Shown one piece after another: positions 1-8,769 of a stretch of 35,714 nt of DNA. This stretch comes from Hyphomicrobiales bacterium. GTDB taxonomy: Bacteria; Pseudomonadota; Alphaproteobacteria; Rhizobiales; Beijerinckiaceae. How positions within the stretch are numbered: the stretch's first letter is position 1; every line of letters starts with the position of its first letter. Where the stretch lies: NCBI GenBank assembly GCA_031380285.1, contig JANNFV010000614.1:1-35714 (forward strand), given 5' to 3'. A program made the translations under genes and the position numbers. The notes beneath the pieces were generated by a model. It worked only from the letters and a program-made list of their open reading frames with translations. It was not told where the DNA came from and searched no databases.

Positions 1-294
1 GAGGATGTGCCTCGTCCATTTGCCGAGGCCCCAGAACCATTCGCCCACGTCGGTGAACACCGAGGCTCCGGTATCGAGGTAGAAAAGCCTGCCGAAATAG
101 TCCGTAAACCGGTTGATATTGGCAACAAACTTGCCGGGATCGACTTCTGCGACACGCGCTGCAATCAGCGTCATGATCGCCAGAACGAGAACCCCGATGA
201 TGGTCAGGCGTCGTTTGGCAGCAATCGCCTGGCGATAGGGCGCAGACAGCTCCGAGATGCGATGCTCAGGCAGGACGGGTATGGCTGACGCCAT
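1..294 (-). CDS. phnE: phosphonate/phosphate ABC transporter permease PhnE, N-terminal part (gene runs off the left edge)
   Basis: Missing from the ORF track because it is open at position 1. My reverse-strand translation from the ATG at 294..292 reads MASAIPVLPEHRISELSAPYRQAIAAKRRLTIIGVLVLAIMTLIAARVAEVDPGKFVANINRFTDYFGRLFYLDTGASVF... It contains a hydrophobic helix and lies directly downstream of phnC-phnD on the same strand. Confidence 0.7.
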   Translation of the reverse strand, partial: MASAIPVLPEHRISELSAPYRQAIAAKRRLTIIGVLVLAIMTLIAARVAEVDPGKFVANINRFTDYFGRLFYLDTGASVFTDVGEWFWGLGKWTRHIL

Positions 295-309
295 TGTTGC
301 TCTCGCGGC

Positions 310-345
310 AAAAAAGGGCGACGCCCGCTATGAGCGCCGCCCGGG
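310..345 (-). terminator. intrinsic-terminator-like hairpin plus T-tract between phnD and phnE (possible intra-operon attenuator)
   Basis: The minus strand reads CCCGGGCGGCGCTCATAGCGGGCGTCGCCCTTTTTT. This is a GC-rich imperfect stem (GGGCG...CGCCC plus an inner GCG/CGC) followed by six T. It lies in the 64-nt gap after the phnD stop codon. Confidence 0.4.
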
Positions 346-358
346 ACTGTGGATTGAC

Positions 359-1276
359 TTACGAACCGCTCTTCTTGCGCAGATTATCGACGAACTTCTG
401 CAATTCGATCGTCACATTGTAGTCGCTGTGTTGGGCCGGTGCAAAACCGGGAGACTTGCCGTCGGACAGCTTGTCGAAAGCGGCTTTATCCTTCGTCGGC
501 GCTGCGAAAAATGCATTCCTGATGGCCGCCTTCAGATCTGCAGGAAGGGCGGAGTTGTAAGCGTAGGGCGAACCGGGAATCTTGTCAGACTTGAAGATTG
601 TCTTGAAGTCGGCTGACTTCACCATGCCCTTGTTTGCCATCCGGCTCAGGTTGGAATCGTCTTCAGAGTTCCACCAGTTGAATGCCACGTCGCAAGTGCC
701 CTGCTGAACAGCCATTACAGCGTTTTCGTGACTTCCGGCATTGACCACCTTTCCGAAGAATTTCTCAGGCTCAATTCCGAGTTTGCTCATGGAATACATT
801 GGCACATTGTAGCCTGACGCGGAATTTGGGTCGACGAGGCAAAGGTTCTTACCCTTGAAATCCTCCAGCTTCGCACCGGCAGCAGACGCTTTAGTGTAAG
901 CGACCGAGTAATATCCTGTGGAACCGTCTACTGCGCGCAGTGAGGAGAATGCCTCCACGCCACCGTTGGTGACAGTGTAGGCGCGGATGTAAGAAGAAGG
1001 ACCATGATCACCGATGTGGATCGAGCCGGCACGCTGGCCTTCGATGACGGCAGCATAGTCGGATGCGATGCGCAACGTGACCTTCACCCCAAGCTCCTTG
1101 GAGAGATAGGCGATCCAGGGGCCCATACGCTCGGTGACCCCTGAAGCATTTTCAGCAGGAACAACGGCGTAGACGAGTTCGGGATACTTCGTCTTCCAGT
1201 CCTGAGCGAAGGATGCGGTGGCACTGAGCGAAATGGCGGCAGCGGATAGAAGCAAGCGGCGTGTGATGGACATCAT
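359..1276 (-). CDS. phnD: phosphonate/phosphate ABC transporter substrate-binding protein (PhnD family)
   Basis: Track ORF 359..1306. I trimmed the start to the MMSITRRLLLSAAAISLSATASFAQ signal peptide, which follows AAGGAGAG. The mature part (ELVYAVVPAENASGVTERMGPWIAYLSKELGVKV...GDHGPSSY) reads as PhnD family. Confidence 0.9.
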   Translation of the reverse strand: MMSITRRLLLSAAAISLSATASFAQDWKTKYPELVYAVVPAENASGVTERMGPWIAYLSKELGVKVTLRIASDYAAVIEGQRAGSIHIGDHGPSSYIRAYTVTNGGVEAFSSLRAVDGSTGYYSVAYTKASAAGAKLEDFKGKNLCLVDPNSASGYNVPMYSMSKLGIEPEKFFGKVVNAGSHENAVMAVQQGTCDVAFNWWNSEDDSNLSRMANKGMVKSADFKTIFKSDKIPGSPYAYNSALPADLKAAIRNAFFAAPTKDKAAFDKLSDGKSPGFAPAQHSDYNVTIELQKFVDNLRKKSGS

Positions 1277-1327
1277 GTCTCTCCTTGTTGTGTTGGGAGC
1301 TCCCAACGAGTTTCGGTTGAAGATCGA

Positions 1328-2131
1328 TCAGGCAGCGATGGGCATAAGACCGCCTGCCGGTACGGCGGCTGGCGGCAGCACGGTCATCGCCTCGTGGGCC
1401 TCAAGGCCGTAGAGTTCACGGGCAACGCTTTCGGTCAGTTCGTCCGGCGTGCCGTCGAACACGACCCGACCCTGCGCCATGCCGATGAGGCGACCGCAAT
1501 AGTCCTTGGCGATGTCGAGGTCGTGCAGGTTGCAGAGCACCGTGATGCCGAAGTGCCTGTTGAGGCGCTGCAGGCTGTCCATCACGATCTTGGTGTTGCG
1601 CGGGTCGAGCGATGCGATCGGCTCATCGGCGAGCACAATCTCGGGTTCCTGGACCAGTGCCCGGGCGATAGCGACACGTTGCTGCTGACCACCGGAGAGC
1701 GACTCCGCACGCTGTCCTGCAAGCGACGTCATGTCGAACTGCTCCAGAGCCGAAACAGCGATGGCGCGGTCTTCCGGTGTCCACAGCTTCAGGAGCGAGC
1801 GCATCTGGGTCGTGTGATTCAGGCGACCCATCAGCACGTTGGTCATCACATCGAGGCGCCCCACGATGTTGAACTGCTGGAACACCATGGCGCAGGACGC
1901 GCGCCAGTCGCGCAGCGCTTGGCCCTTGAGTGCCGTCACGTCCTGGCCATTCCATGAGATCGTTCCGGAAGAGACATCCTGCAGGCGATTGATCATCCGG
2001 AGCAGCGTGGATTTGCCGGCACCGGAGCGCCCGATCACACCGACAAAGCTACCCTTGTCGATCTTGAGCGACACGTCATCGACTGCGCGTTTGGCTCCGA
2101 AGGTCCGGCTGACTTGTCTAATGTCGAGCAT
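1328..2131 (-). CDS. phnC: phosphonate/phosphate ABC transporter ATP-binding protein
   Basis: Walker A is GRSGAGKST, the ABC signature is [15 protein letters not shown], and Walker B is [12 protein letters not shown]. The N-terminus [12 protein letters not shown] is typical of PhnC. A GAGG Shine-Dalgarno sequence precedes the ATG at 2131. Confidence 0.92.
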   Translation of the reverse strand: MLDIRQVSRTFGAKRAVDDVSLKIDKGSFVGVIGRSGAGKSTLLRMINRLQDVSSGTISWNGQDVTALKGQALRDWRASCAMVFQQFNIVGRLDVMTNVLMGRLNHTTQMRSLLKLWTPEDRAIAVSALEQFDMTSLAGQRAESLSGGQQQRVAIARALVQEPEIVLADEPIASLDPRNTKIVMDSLQRLNRHFGITVLCNLHDLDIAKDYCGRLIGMAQGRVVFDGTPDELTESVARELYGLEAHEAMTVLPPAAVPAGGLMPIAA

Positions 2132-2174
2132 GAATAATCCTCACTCTGACTAGCGATGTACCTAGATTTGCCGT

Positions 2175-2192
2175 GCGACAGTCCCGTGACGG
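2175..2192 (-). promoter_or_regulatory. candidate Pho box upstream of phnC
   Basis: The reverse complement reads CCGTCAC GGGA CTGTCGC. That is two 7-bp repeats with a 4-bp spacer, each one mismatch from CTGTCAC. It lies 44-61 nt upstream of the phnC ATG. Confidence 0.4.
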
Positions 2193-2207
2193 CCTGTGGA
2201 CAAGTCC

Positions 2208-3560
2208 TCAGCGTGCACGCAGAAATTCAGGAACACGCAAGAGCACCAGCTCATTGTCATCCGCCTTGTTGGGATCACGGCTCGACGAGAATGGCAGGTT
2301 GTTGTCGTTGCCGACGACGATATGGTCGGCATCCACCACATCGACATTCTCGATGGTGAAGAACGGCATCTGGAAGCGCCCGTTCGAGAGCGGCACGCGC
2401 GCCTTCTTGTCTGGATCCTGAATCGCCAGCAGATCAATGAAGCCAATCTTGCGCACAGCCTGGCCGGCATTGGCCTCGTTCATCTCGATCTTCCAGACGC
2501 GCTTGATCCTCGGCAAGGCATGGAAGCAGTTTTCAGCACGCTGTCCCGCTGGGCAGGCCTTCTCCGGTACGCCCTCGTTGTCGTCGCGCTCGATGATGAG
2601 CCCTGTAGAGGCATCGATCATGTTGAAGTCACCAATGGAGAGACCGTTCTCGTCCAGGAAGTATTTCCAATGCCTACCCGACCACTTGCCTGCCGCCACG
2701 TCGAATTCGAGAATGCGCAGATATTGTCGGCCACCTTCGCTTTCCCAGTCCTTACGCTCCATGTCCCACAGCGGGCCTTCGAGCAGGCCGTAGAGGAAAC
2801 GACCATCCTTTGAGGCGGCGAGGCCCTCGTAGCCCTTCGACCGGCGCACCCGCGTCTCGACGGCGGTGGTGGGCGTTGCGGGCGCCTGAACCGCAGGATG
2901 GTCGGGCGAGCGCACGACCTTGCCATCGACTTCGGTCTCGAACACGGCCTCGACCTTGCCGTTCATGTCCGTGCGGATGAGGAAGGGGCCGAATTCGTCG
3001 CCGATCCATATCTTGTCGCCGATGATCTGAAAGCCTTCCAGGTCGAAATCGGAGCCCGTCAGATAGCGTTTTTCCGTTCCATCATGAACGATGCGGAATG
3101 GCACCTTCTTGTCGGGGTCGGACAGGAAGATCGTCTGCAATCGCTCCATCCCGCCACTCGCCCAATCGATACGGTAGCGGTTGAGATAGAGCATGGCATC
3201 GGGAGAATTCATCTTGGAGCCGAAGCCATTGTCGGTGAGTATCCAGAATGTGCCGTCCGCCATGCGCTTGATGCCAGAATGCCCCTGGACGGGTTGGCCC
3301 TGAAATGGCGTCGAAATGCCGGTGGAGCGACCGGCAGAGCGGCCCATGACCGTGCCGACGGTTTCAGCGCGGCGCATCGGAGTCACGTATTTGCCGGAGG
3401 TCTTGAGATCGGCGGGAGCATCCGCGGGCGCTGGAATGAAGGTGGCGGCTGGAAGGATTGCATGGCCGGCAAGTGCGGACGGAAACTCCCGAATTTCAAT
3501 GGCGTGGGCGGCTCCCACGGTCAGCACAAGGGCAGTGGCGGCAAGCAGGCTCAAGCGCAT
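2208..3560 (-). CDS. secreted phytase-like esterase family protein (esterase-like activity of phytase domain)
   Basis: Track ORF 2208..3701. I trimmed the start to MRLSLLAATALVLTVGAAHA (signal peptide), which follows GAGGGAG. The body (GHSGIKRMADGTFWILTDNGFG, YEGLAASKDGRFLYGLLEGPL, DFNMIDASTGLIIERDDNEG) matches the beta-propeller phytase-like family as I remember it. Confidence 0.8.
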   Translation of the reverse strand: MRLSLLAATALVLTVGAAHAIEIREFPSALAGHAILPAATFIPAPADAPADLKTSGKYVTPMRRAETVGTVMGRSAGRSTGISTPFQGQPVQGHSGIKRMADGTFWILTDNGFGSKMNSPDAMLYLNRYRIDWASGGMERLQTIFLSDPDKKVPFRIVHDGTEKRYLTGSDFDLEGFQIIGDKIWIGDEFGPFLIRTDMNGKVEAVFETEVDGKVVRSPDHPAVQAPATPTTAVETRVRRSKGYEGLAASKDGRFLYGLLEGPLWDMERKDWESEGGRQYLRILEFDVAAGKWSGRHWKYFLDENGLSIGDFNMIDASTGLIIERDDNEGVPEKACPAGQRAENCFHALPRIKRVWKIEMNEANAGQAVRKIGFIDLLAIQDPDKKARVPLSNGRFQMPFFTIENVDVVDADHIVVGNDNNLPFSSSRDPNKADDNELVLLRVPEFLRAR

Positions 3561-3609
3561 GATCAGATCTCCCTCACATCGAAATTGCGCTCCCTGTTTG
3601 CGATCTGAC

Positions 3610-3627
3610 GTGACAGACGAATGACAG
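3610..3627 (-). promoter_or_regulatory. Pho box (consensus-grade) upstream of the phytase-like gene
   Basis: The reverse complement reads CTGTCAT TCGT CTGTCAC. This matches the PhoB direct-repeat consensus exactly. It lies 50-67 nt upstream of the ATG at 3560. Confidence 0.6.
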
Positions 3628-3691
3628 ATGCGAGCATAATCGAAGCACGAACGCATCTGGTCGCACCTGCATTGCCGAGAACCCGGAACCG

Positions 3692-3717
3692 TTGTCTTCA
3701 AACTGTCACGTGACAGT
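3692..3717 (+). promoter_or_regulatory. Pho-box-like repeat overlapping a perfect 16-bp palindrome upstream of the metallophosphoesterase gene
   Basis: TTGTCTT CAAA CTGTCAC occupies 3692..3709, 42-59 nt before the ATG at 3751. Its second half-site forms the left arm of ACTGTCACGTGACAGT (3702..3717), a perfect palindrome. Confidence 0.5.
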
Positions 3718-3750
3718 GATTTTCAACCGGGAAGGATAGGGATCACAGAC

Positions 3751-4743
3751 ATGAAATTGCTGACATTCACCGCCGCAGTTGCCGTTTCGATGTTGCTGCA
3801 GGTTCAATCCGCTGCCGCACAGCAGATGCCGGGGCCCAACGCCTTCGAGATCGCGGTGATCGGCGACATGCCTTACAAGATTCCGGACGACTACCCGAAG
3901 GTGGATCGGCTGATCGCTGCCGTGAACAAGCTCAAGCCCGCTTTCACATTGCATGTCGGAGACATCAAGTCAGGGTCGTCGCCGTGCACCGACGAGGTGT
4001 TCAAGCGCGCCTTTGACCAGATCCAGACAATCGAATCCCCCGTGGTTTACACCATCGGCGACAATGAGTGGACGGATTGCCACCGCAAGGATGCGGGCGG
4101 CTATGACCCACGCGAGCGTCTCCTGAAAGTGCGCGAAATGTTTTTCGCCAAGCCCGGCCAGTCGCTTGGCAAGACAGCAATGCCTGTCGAAAGCCAGGGC
4201 CTGTTGATGCCGGAATTCAAGACCTATGTCGAAAACACGCGGTTCTGGAAGAATGGCGTGATGTTTGTCGGCGTGCATGTCCCGGGCTCCAACAATGGCT
4301 TCGAAGCGCTGGACCCGATTGCCGCCGCCACAGAATTCGCCGCGCGCGACAAGGCGAACGTGGCATGGATCGAAGCCAGCTTCCGCCAGGCAAAGGACGC
4401 CAATGCCAAGGGGCTGTTGATGTTCATCCAGGCTGATTTCGACGAAAGCCGTCTCCCGAACAAGGCGCTGCCGCGTGAATCAGGTTTTGTCCGCACACTG
4501 AACGCCATCGAGGCGGGGACAAAGCTGCTCGGCCGACCGATGCTGTTGGTCCACGGCGACGAGCATTATTTCTCCGTCAAGCCGCTCTTGAACGCACGGG
4601 GCAAGCCGATACCCGGTGCCACCAAGCTCATGAACTGGGGTGAAGGCGAAGTCCACGGCACGCGCATCACCATTGATCCCGATACGACACATGTCTTCGG
4701 GTATTCGTCGATTATCGTTCCTGAGAACAATGCGTCCAACTAG
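3751..4743 (+). CDS. secreted calcineurin-like metallophosphoesterase
   Basis: The signal peptide is MKLLTFTAAVAVSMLLQVQSAAAQ. The metallophosphoesterase motifs GDMPY, HVGDI and GDNEW are present in order, and a later VHGDEH follows. Confidence 0.8.
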   Translation: MKLLTFTAAVAVSMLLQVQSAAAQQMPGPNAFEIAVIGDMPYKIPDDYPKVDRLIAAVNKLKPAFTLHVGDIKSGSSPCTDEVFKRAFDQIQTIESPVVYTIGDNEWTDCHRKDAGGYDPRERLLKVREMFFAKPGQSLGKTAMPVESQGLLMPEFKTYVENTRFWKNGVMFVGVHVPGSNNGFEALDPIAAATEFAARDKANVAWIEASFRQAKDANAKGLLMFIQADFDESRLPNKALPRESGFVRTLNAIEAGTKLLGRPMLLVHGDEHYFSVKPLLNARGKPIPGATKLMNWGEGEVHGTRITIDPDTTHVFGYSSIIVPENNASN

Positions 4744-5589
4744 TCAGGCGTTGCCCGGCCCCCATGCACGAACATCGCCGTAAGCGTCGGGGTGTTCCAC
4801 AAGGTCGTGGTGCACGAGGCCACGTACGGTCATAAGTCGGTGACGGTGGCTGCCGTCTGCATGAAACTCGTGCATCAGATATCCGATTGCTTTGGTGCCA
4901 TAGCCAGGTTGCCAAGGGTCGCTGATCATGAAGGACGTGGCGGGCGCCCAGATGTGCCTTGCGCCGCTGATCGGCGTGTCGCGGTACTGGTGCACATGGC
5001 CGCACAGCACTAGCTTCGGCTGCGCGCCTTTGAGACCGTCGATCAGTGTCCGGCGCGGACCGATGGTCATGAAGCGGTTGCTTGACAGGGTGTCCGAATA
5101 GCTTTCGTCGGCCAGCGGCTTGTGGAGAAAGATGGCAAGTGCACGCCCGTTCAAGGTCTCTGCGGCCAGGCGGATTGCATGCTGCTGCGCTTCATCGCCA
5201 ATTCCTTCGGAGCCCAAAGTCAGCGCATTGAGGCCAAGCAACCGCCAGCCCGGAATGTCGATGCTCCAATGGTCTGGCCCAAAGATGCGGCGATATCGCG
5301 CCAGCCGTTCAGGGGTGACCGGCTGGCGACGGGCCACATCGAGATGGTCTCCCACATCATGATTTCCCGGCAGGAGATGGCAGTCAATGCCGATGGCGTC
5401 GTGCAGCTGCTTCGCCAGGACCAGATCGGCCTGATGGTCCGCGCCATCAAGCGCCAGATCACCGGTGTTGATGATGATGTCCGGTCGCCTGTCGCGCAGG
5501 TTCTCAGCCACGAGATCAAAGTTCGACCGGAAGAAAGGTTTCGACGGCGACAGATGCGTGTCTGAAATCTGGGCAATGCGGACGGGCAT
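4744..5589 (-). CDS. cytoplasmic metallophosphoesterase / phosphodiesterase (CpdA/GpdQ-like), last gene of the ugp-like operon
   Basis: Motifs ISDTHL, NTGDLALDG, LPGNHD and CGHVH occur in canonical order. There is no signal peptide. The gene lies 76 nt downstream of the binding-protein gene on the same strand. Confidence 0.85.
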   Translation of the reverse strand: MPVRIAQISDTHLSPSKPFFRSNFDLVAENLRDRRPDIIINTGDLALDGADHQADLVLAKQLHDAIGIDCHLLPGNHDVGDHLDVARRQPVTPERLARYRRIFGPDHWSIDIPGWRLLGLNALTLGSEGIGDEAQQHAIRLAAETLNGRALAIFLHKPLADESYSDTLSSNRFMTIGPRRTLIDGLKGAQPKLVLCGHVHQYRDTPISGARHIWAPATSFMISDPWQPGYGTKAIGYLMHEFHADGSHRHRLMTVRGLVHHDLVEHPDAYGDVRAWGPGNA

Positions 5590-5665
5590 GAAACGGTTTC
5601 CGGTGGACGCTGAAACGAAGCGGACGGTCGTCGATGCGACCGCCCTTTGTCGTTTGAGGAGCGGC

Positions 5666-6958
5666 TCAGCCCTGACGAGGGATCAGCTTGCGGACTTCGG
5701 TTGCCATGTCGGCAAGCACCTGCTCCGGCGTCGCCTTCTGCTCGGCGATGCGGGCGAGATTGTCGACCATCACCTGCGTGACCCGGACAGAGTTCTGGCC
5801 GGGGAAAGCATACCACGGCACCATCAGGGAGACCTGCCGTGTTGCAGCCTGGAACAGCGGGTTCTGCTTGTAGAAGTCTGCGAGATACGACGGATCATCG
5901 ATGGCGATCTGGTTGCAGGGTACGTAGCCGGTGTTCTTGGTCATCAGCGTTGTGCCCTCGGCGGAGGTCGCAAATTTCAGGAAGGTCCAGGCCGCCTCCT
6001 GCTTGCGCGGATCCTTGCTGGTGATCATGCCGCCCGCGCCGCCCGTCGGCAGACGACCTTTCACCGGATCAATCACAGGCATCAGCGAAGTCTGGAGCTG
6101 GAAGTTGGAGCCGACCGAGTTCGAAATGGACCGCACCTGTGCCGTGGTGCGGAACATCTGGCCAAGCTTGCCGGCGGCAAAGGCCTGAAGGTCGGCCGTG
6201 CCAGCATAGTTCGGCATGCCACCTTCTTTGACCATACGGTCGAAGAGTTTGAGGGCTGCGAGGCCTTCCGCACTGTTGAACGCCACATCTGTCTCGGCTT
6301 CGTTCAGCATGCGTCCGCCGTGGCCGTAGAGCAGAGCGGAGAACATCCAGTCATCACCTGGCCAGCGGAAGAACATGCCATCGTTGCCGTCGCCCAGCGC
6401 CTTGATGCGCTTGGCGTTCTCGATCACCTTGTCCCAGCTCGCAGGGAAGGCCGCATCGGTGATGCCTGCCTTCTTGAGCAGGTCCATGTTGTAGTAGCTG
6501 ATGGGATTGGACGTGGCGAAAGCGAGGCCGCACTGCATCTTGGCATGGAAGCCGAGCCCGAGCAGGGACCTGGAGTAGCCGAGCTTGGCAGGGTCACCTT
6601 CCCTGGCGAGCAGCGGCGCGAGGTCCTGTGCGATGCCACGCTCCGCGAACATGCGTAGACGGTTCAGGCCCTGGAACGAGATGTCCGGCATGGAGTTCGT
6701 CGCGGCATTGCGCAGCAGAAGTTGCGCCCCGTCTTCGTAGGTCGGCGTTGGATTGACATAGGTCGCTTTCACTTCGGGGTGCTTGCGCACGAAAGCCTCC
6801 ATGACGGCATCCTGTGCCTCCTTGAAGATCGCGGGCATCGAGTAGTGCACGCTGATCTCGACAGCCTGCGCCCGAGCGATGGACGGCATTGCAATGGTTG
6901 CTGTCGCGCCGCCAATCACGGCGAGGCTCTGACGGCGGGTCAAACTCAGTCGGGTCAT
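5666..6958 (-). CDS. ABC transporter substrate-binding protein (family 1, UgpB/sugar-phosphate-like) with Tat-type signal
   Basis: The N-terminus is MTRLSLTRRQSLAVIGGATATIAMPSIARAQ, preceded by GAGGAGAAAG. It is 430 aa, a typical solute-binding length and composition. Confidence 0.9.
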   Translation of the reverse strand: MTRLSLTRRQSLAVIGGATATIAMPSIARAQAVEISVHYSMPAIFKEAQDAVMEAFVRKHPEVKATYVNPTPTYEDGAQLLLRNAATNSMPDISFQGLNRLRMFAERGIAQDLAPLLAREGDPAKLGYSRSLLGLGFHAKMQCGLAFATSNPISYYNMDLLKKAGITDAAFPASWDKVIENAKRIKALGDGNDGMFFRWPGDDWMFSALLYGHGGRMLNEAETDVAFNSAEGLAALKLFDRMVKEGGMPNYAGTADLQAFAAGKLGQMFRTTAQVRSISNSVGSNFQLQTSLMPVIDPVKGRLPTGGAGGMITSKDPRKQEAAWTFLKFATSAEGTTLMTKNTGYVPCNQIAIDDPSYLADFYKQNPLFQAATRQVSLMVPWYAFPGQNSVRVTQVMVDNLARIAEQKATPEQVLADMATEVRKLIPRQG

Positions 6959-6987
6959 GGTCTTTCTCCTCTGGTGAACAAGAATGA

Positions 6988-7827
6988 TCAGCCCTTCAGG
7001 CCGGTCATGGTGACGCCTTCGATGAAGCGGCGCTGGGCAAACAGGAAGGCAATGACGAGCGGCGCGGCGACCAGCGTGGCTGCAGCCATGAGCGCGCCAT
7101 AGTCGTCGCCGGATTCAACTGCGCGAAAGGCAAGGATGCCCATGGCAGGCGTGTAGAGGTCGCCCTTCTGGATCACGATCAGCGGCCAGAAGAGATCGTT
7201 CCAATGCGCAACAACGGAGAAAATCGCGAAGGCAGTGGCAGCGGGTAAAGCGTTGGGCAGGACAACGCGCCAGACGATGGAGAATTCGCCCATACCATCG
7301 ATGCGCGCCGCGGCGATCAGGTCATCGGGCAGCGCCTTGAAGAACTGCCGGAACAGGAAGATGGCAAAGACCGAGCAGGTGAAGGGGGCGATGAGCGCGG
7401 TGTAGCTGTTGAGCAGACCCGCCTGGTGGAAGCCCAGGTAGAGTGGCAGCGCCGTTGTCTGGTACGGAATGAGCAGCCCCAGCATCACGAAGCCGAAGAG
7501 CAGTTCCCGCCCGCGAAACTGAAGCTTGGCCAAGGCATAGGCGGCAGGGATGGCAAAGAGCATTTGGAAGAACAGGATGCCCATGCAGACGATCAGGCCG
7601 TTCATGACAAAAGTCGCGACCGGGATCGTGCGCAGCACCTTGCCGTAGTTCTCGACCAGTGCCCATCGCTCGGGAAGCAGCGTCAGCGAGGCACGAAATA
7701 CCTCGTCTGGCGGTTTCACGGATACAGCGATCATCCAGACATAGGGCACCAGCATCAGGATGGCCGCGCAGCCGAGAACCGCCAAGCGTGGCATGTCTTT
7801 GAAAAGTGTTTGCTTGTCCGCTCTCAT
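6988..7827 (-). CDS. ABC transporter permease (UgpE/MalG-like)
   Basis: Six hydrophobic segments are present, with the EAA-type loop AARIDGMGEFSIVWRVVLPNALPA. The start lies 3 nt after the stop of the upstream permease gene. Confidence 0.9.
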   Translation of the reverse strand: MRADKQTLFKDMPRLAVLGCAAILMLVPYVWMIAVSVKPPDEVFRASLTLLPERWALVENYGKVLRTIPVATFVMNGLIVCMGILFFQMLFAIPAAYALAKLQFRGRELLFGFVMLGLLIPYQTTALPLYLGFHQAGLLNSYTALIAPFTCSVFAIFLFRQFFKALPDDLIAAARIDGMGEFSIVWRVVLPNALPAATAFAIFSVVAHWNDLFWPLIVIQKGDLYTPAMGILAFRAVESGDDYGALMAAATLVAAPLVIAFLFAQRRFIEGVTMTGLKG

Positions 7828-7830
7828 GAC

Positions 7831-8769
7831 TCAGCCATAGTGGACTTTGCTGTCGATCAATCGGGTCTGCACCAGCATGATCGCCAGCACGATGGCGAGA
7901 AAAACCAGGGTGATCGCGGCGGAATAACCGAACTTGAAGTAATGGAACCCCTCCTGGTAGATCGTGCGCAAGAGCACCTCGGAGGCGCTGTTGGGGCCGC
8001 CCTGCGTCAAGGTCTGGACCGTATCGAAAACGCGGACAGAGCGCGTCATGGTGATGATCATCACGAACAGCAGCGTTGGGCCCAGCAGTGGCCATGTCAC
8101 CAGCGTGAAGCGCGACCACGCGCTCTTCGCGCCATCCACCTCTGCTGCCGCGTAAAGATCACGGGGAATGGCTGTCAGGCCCGCGAGAAAAAGCACGAGG
8201 TTGAAGCCGACATTCTCCCACACGCCGATGATACCGAGTGATACCATCACCCAGTCGGAGGAGCCGAGCCAGTTGGGAGCGCCCAATCCCAGGGCGCGCA
8301 ATACCGCGTTCACAGGGCCGATGCTGGGGTGCAGGAGATATTGCCACGCCGTCGCCATGGCCACCGTGAGCGACACCACGGGCAGGAAAAACACGGCCCG
8401 GAAGAAGGCGCGGCCCCTGGCACCCGCTTCAATCAGGATAGCAAGGAGGAGCGCGAGACCAATCGAGAGCGGCACGACGAAGAAGCAATAGACAACCGTG
8501 TTTCGGATTGACGCCATGAACGTCCGGTCCTTCGGCATGTCGGCGAAGTTATCGAGGCCCACCCAGCGGAAGGAACGCGCCCCGAACTCGTAGTCGGTGA
8601 AGGCAAGCGCCAACACGCCAAGCAGCGGCAGGAGCACCATCAGCAGGTAGGCGAGGATCGCCGGAAGCGTCAGTACCCATGCGGCAACAGTGTCCATCGA
8701 CAGTGTCGCCGAGCGCTTTTGGATGTGCGGGGCGTAACCCGCAGGAGCCGTTGTCACCGCGTCAGACAT
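7831..8769 (-). CDS. ABC transporter permease (UgpA/MalF-like)
   Basis: The EAA loop is AAEVDGAKSAWSRFTLVTWPLLGP. The track ORF starts at 8784. The ATG at 8769 overlaps the ATPase stop codon, so 8769 and 8784 are both possible starts. Confidence 0.88.
   Translation of the reverse strand: MSDAVTTAPAGYAPHIQKRSATLSMDTVAAWVLTLPAILAYLLMVLLPLLGVLALAFTDYEFGARSFRWVGLDNFADMPKDRTFMASIRNTVVYCFFVVPLSIGLALLLAILIEAGARGRAFFRAVFFLPVVSLTVAMATAWQYLLHPSIGPVNAVLRALGLGAPNWLGSSDWVMVSLGIIGVWENVGFNLVLFLAGLTAIPRDLYAAAEVDGAKSAWSRFTLVTWPLLGPTLLFVMIITMTRSVRVFDTVQTLTQGGPNSASEVLLRTIYQEGFHYFKFGYSAAITLVFLAIVLAIMLVQTRLIDSKVHYG

Noticed and set aside
5465-8241. Several 250-400-aa ORFs (5465..6658 +, 7322..8119 -, 7426..8241 +, 5220..5816 -) overlapping the ugp-like genes
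   Set aside because: All are alternative frames or antisense to ABC-transporter genes with clear motifs. None has a ribosome-binding site or a recognisable domain.
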